Source of the DNA: an uncultured Gammaproteobacteria bacterium
Lineage (GTDB): Bacteria > Patescibacteriota > Patescibacteriia > Magasanikbacterales > JBBTXJ01
Reading direction: 5' to 3'
Length of the DNA stretch: 64,000 bases
Assembly: GCA_964610305.1 (NCBI GenBank)
Contig: CAZSVL010000005.1
Coordinates: 14,815 to 78,814 of the forward strand
Below the pieces are notes generated by a model. It made no database searches. It was not told where the DNA came from and worked only from the letters and a program-made list of their open reading frames with translations. Both the position numbers and the translations under genes were made by a program. Shown in pieces: positions 63,519-64,000 of this stretch (within the stretch, counting starts at the first letter, position 1; every line of letters begins with the position of its first letter).

Positions 63519-64000
63519 ATGAAAAAGCTTGACTTTCTGGCATTCGTATCTGCAATGCGCGGCCCCTTGTATCAGTGTGGGCAGATTGCACTGAAGTTAA
63601 AGGGTAAGACGGTCAAGAGGGATAAAGCTCCTGATTCGTCCGTCCAGCTAAGCACGGCTGTAGGTGATGTAGATGAGTTGTGTCAGGAAATAATTCTAAT
63701 GCGCGCAGCAGAGGTTACGCCGTGGATTGAGATTCGTTCTGAGGAACAGAATGTTTGTCCTAAGGCAATCCGAGAGTTGTTTGAAAAAAACAGCTCCCGG
63801 TTTACACTAGTAATTGACCCACTTGACGGGACTGATGAATTTTTTAGAGCTGGGAATGAGTTTGGTCATATGGTTGGAATCCATGACAAACAAAGCGGTC
63901 GTATGAGCTGTGGAATGATATTTATTCCTGAAGAACAAGTGTTGTATTTCGCAATCCGTGGTATGGGTGCGTTTACGGCTTCTGGGTTGTTTGGTGAAGT
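63519..64000 (+). CDS. Inositol monophosphatase-family protein, 3'-truncated by the window edge
   Basis: AAGGAGG SD; frame reads ...DVDELCQEII...RSEE...LVIDPLDGTDEF. Confidence 0.85.
   Translation, partial: MKKLDFLAFVSAMRGPLYQCGQIALKLKGKTVKRDKAPDSSVQLSTAVGDVDELCQEIILMRAAEVTPWIEIRSEEQNVCPKAIRELFEKNSSRFTLVIDPLDGTDEFFRAGNEFGHMVGIHDKQSGRMSCGMIFIPEEQVLYFAIRGMGAFTASGLFGE

Noticed and set aside
1-64000. Alternative genetic code (UGA=Gly) as in Gracilibacteria/Absconditabacteria
   Set aside because: Conserved genes are full length under code 11 and several end at TGA.

Overview
64 kb of a compact bacterial chromosome read with genetic code 11. Gene content (T4SS-type pilin with a long Cys-rich tail, ECF sigma plus membrane anti-sigma, short ValS, PGI/PMI, sparse Shine-Dalgarno sites) suggests a Patescibacteria/CPR, Parcubacteria-like organism; this is inference. 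Housekeeping genes include trpS, rnj, secG, uvrA, rplS, gmk, valS, a PcrA/UvrD helicase, ndk and thiI. There is a ~21.5 kb Wzm/Wzt surface-polysaccharide locus with nonulosonic-acid and modified-sugar genes, a tRNA-Ile(UAU) followed by a hairpin-interrupted duplicate, a probable 6S RNA, three GIY-YIG nucleases, and a family of GTCAT...ATGAC REP-like palindromes, one of which sits in-frame inside a pseudouridine synthase. The most novel signal is at 59.5-62.65 kb. A 617-aa protein with a degenerate GHMP-kinase-like fold and a C-terminal winged helix is followed by five 32-53 aa micro-ORFs with strong Shine-Dalgarno sites. These are punctuated by three copies of a covarying double-hairpin element (hairpin + CCTTTATACC-N20/21-GGTTAGAGG). 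It looks like an undescribed micro-peptide cassette array. All calls come from reading the sequence by eye; no searches were run.
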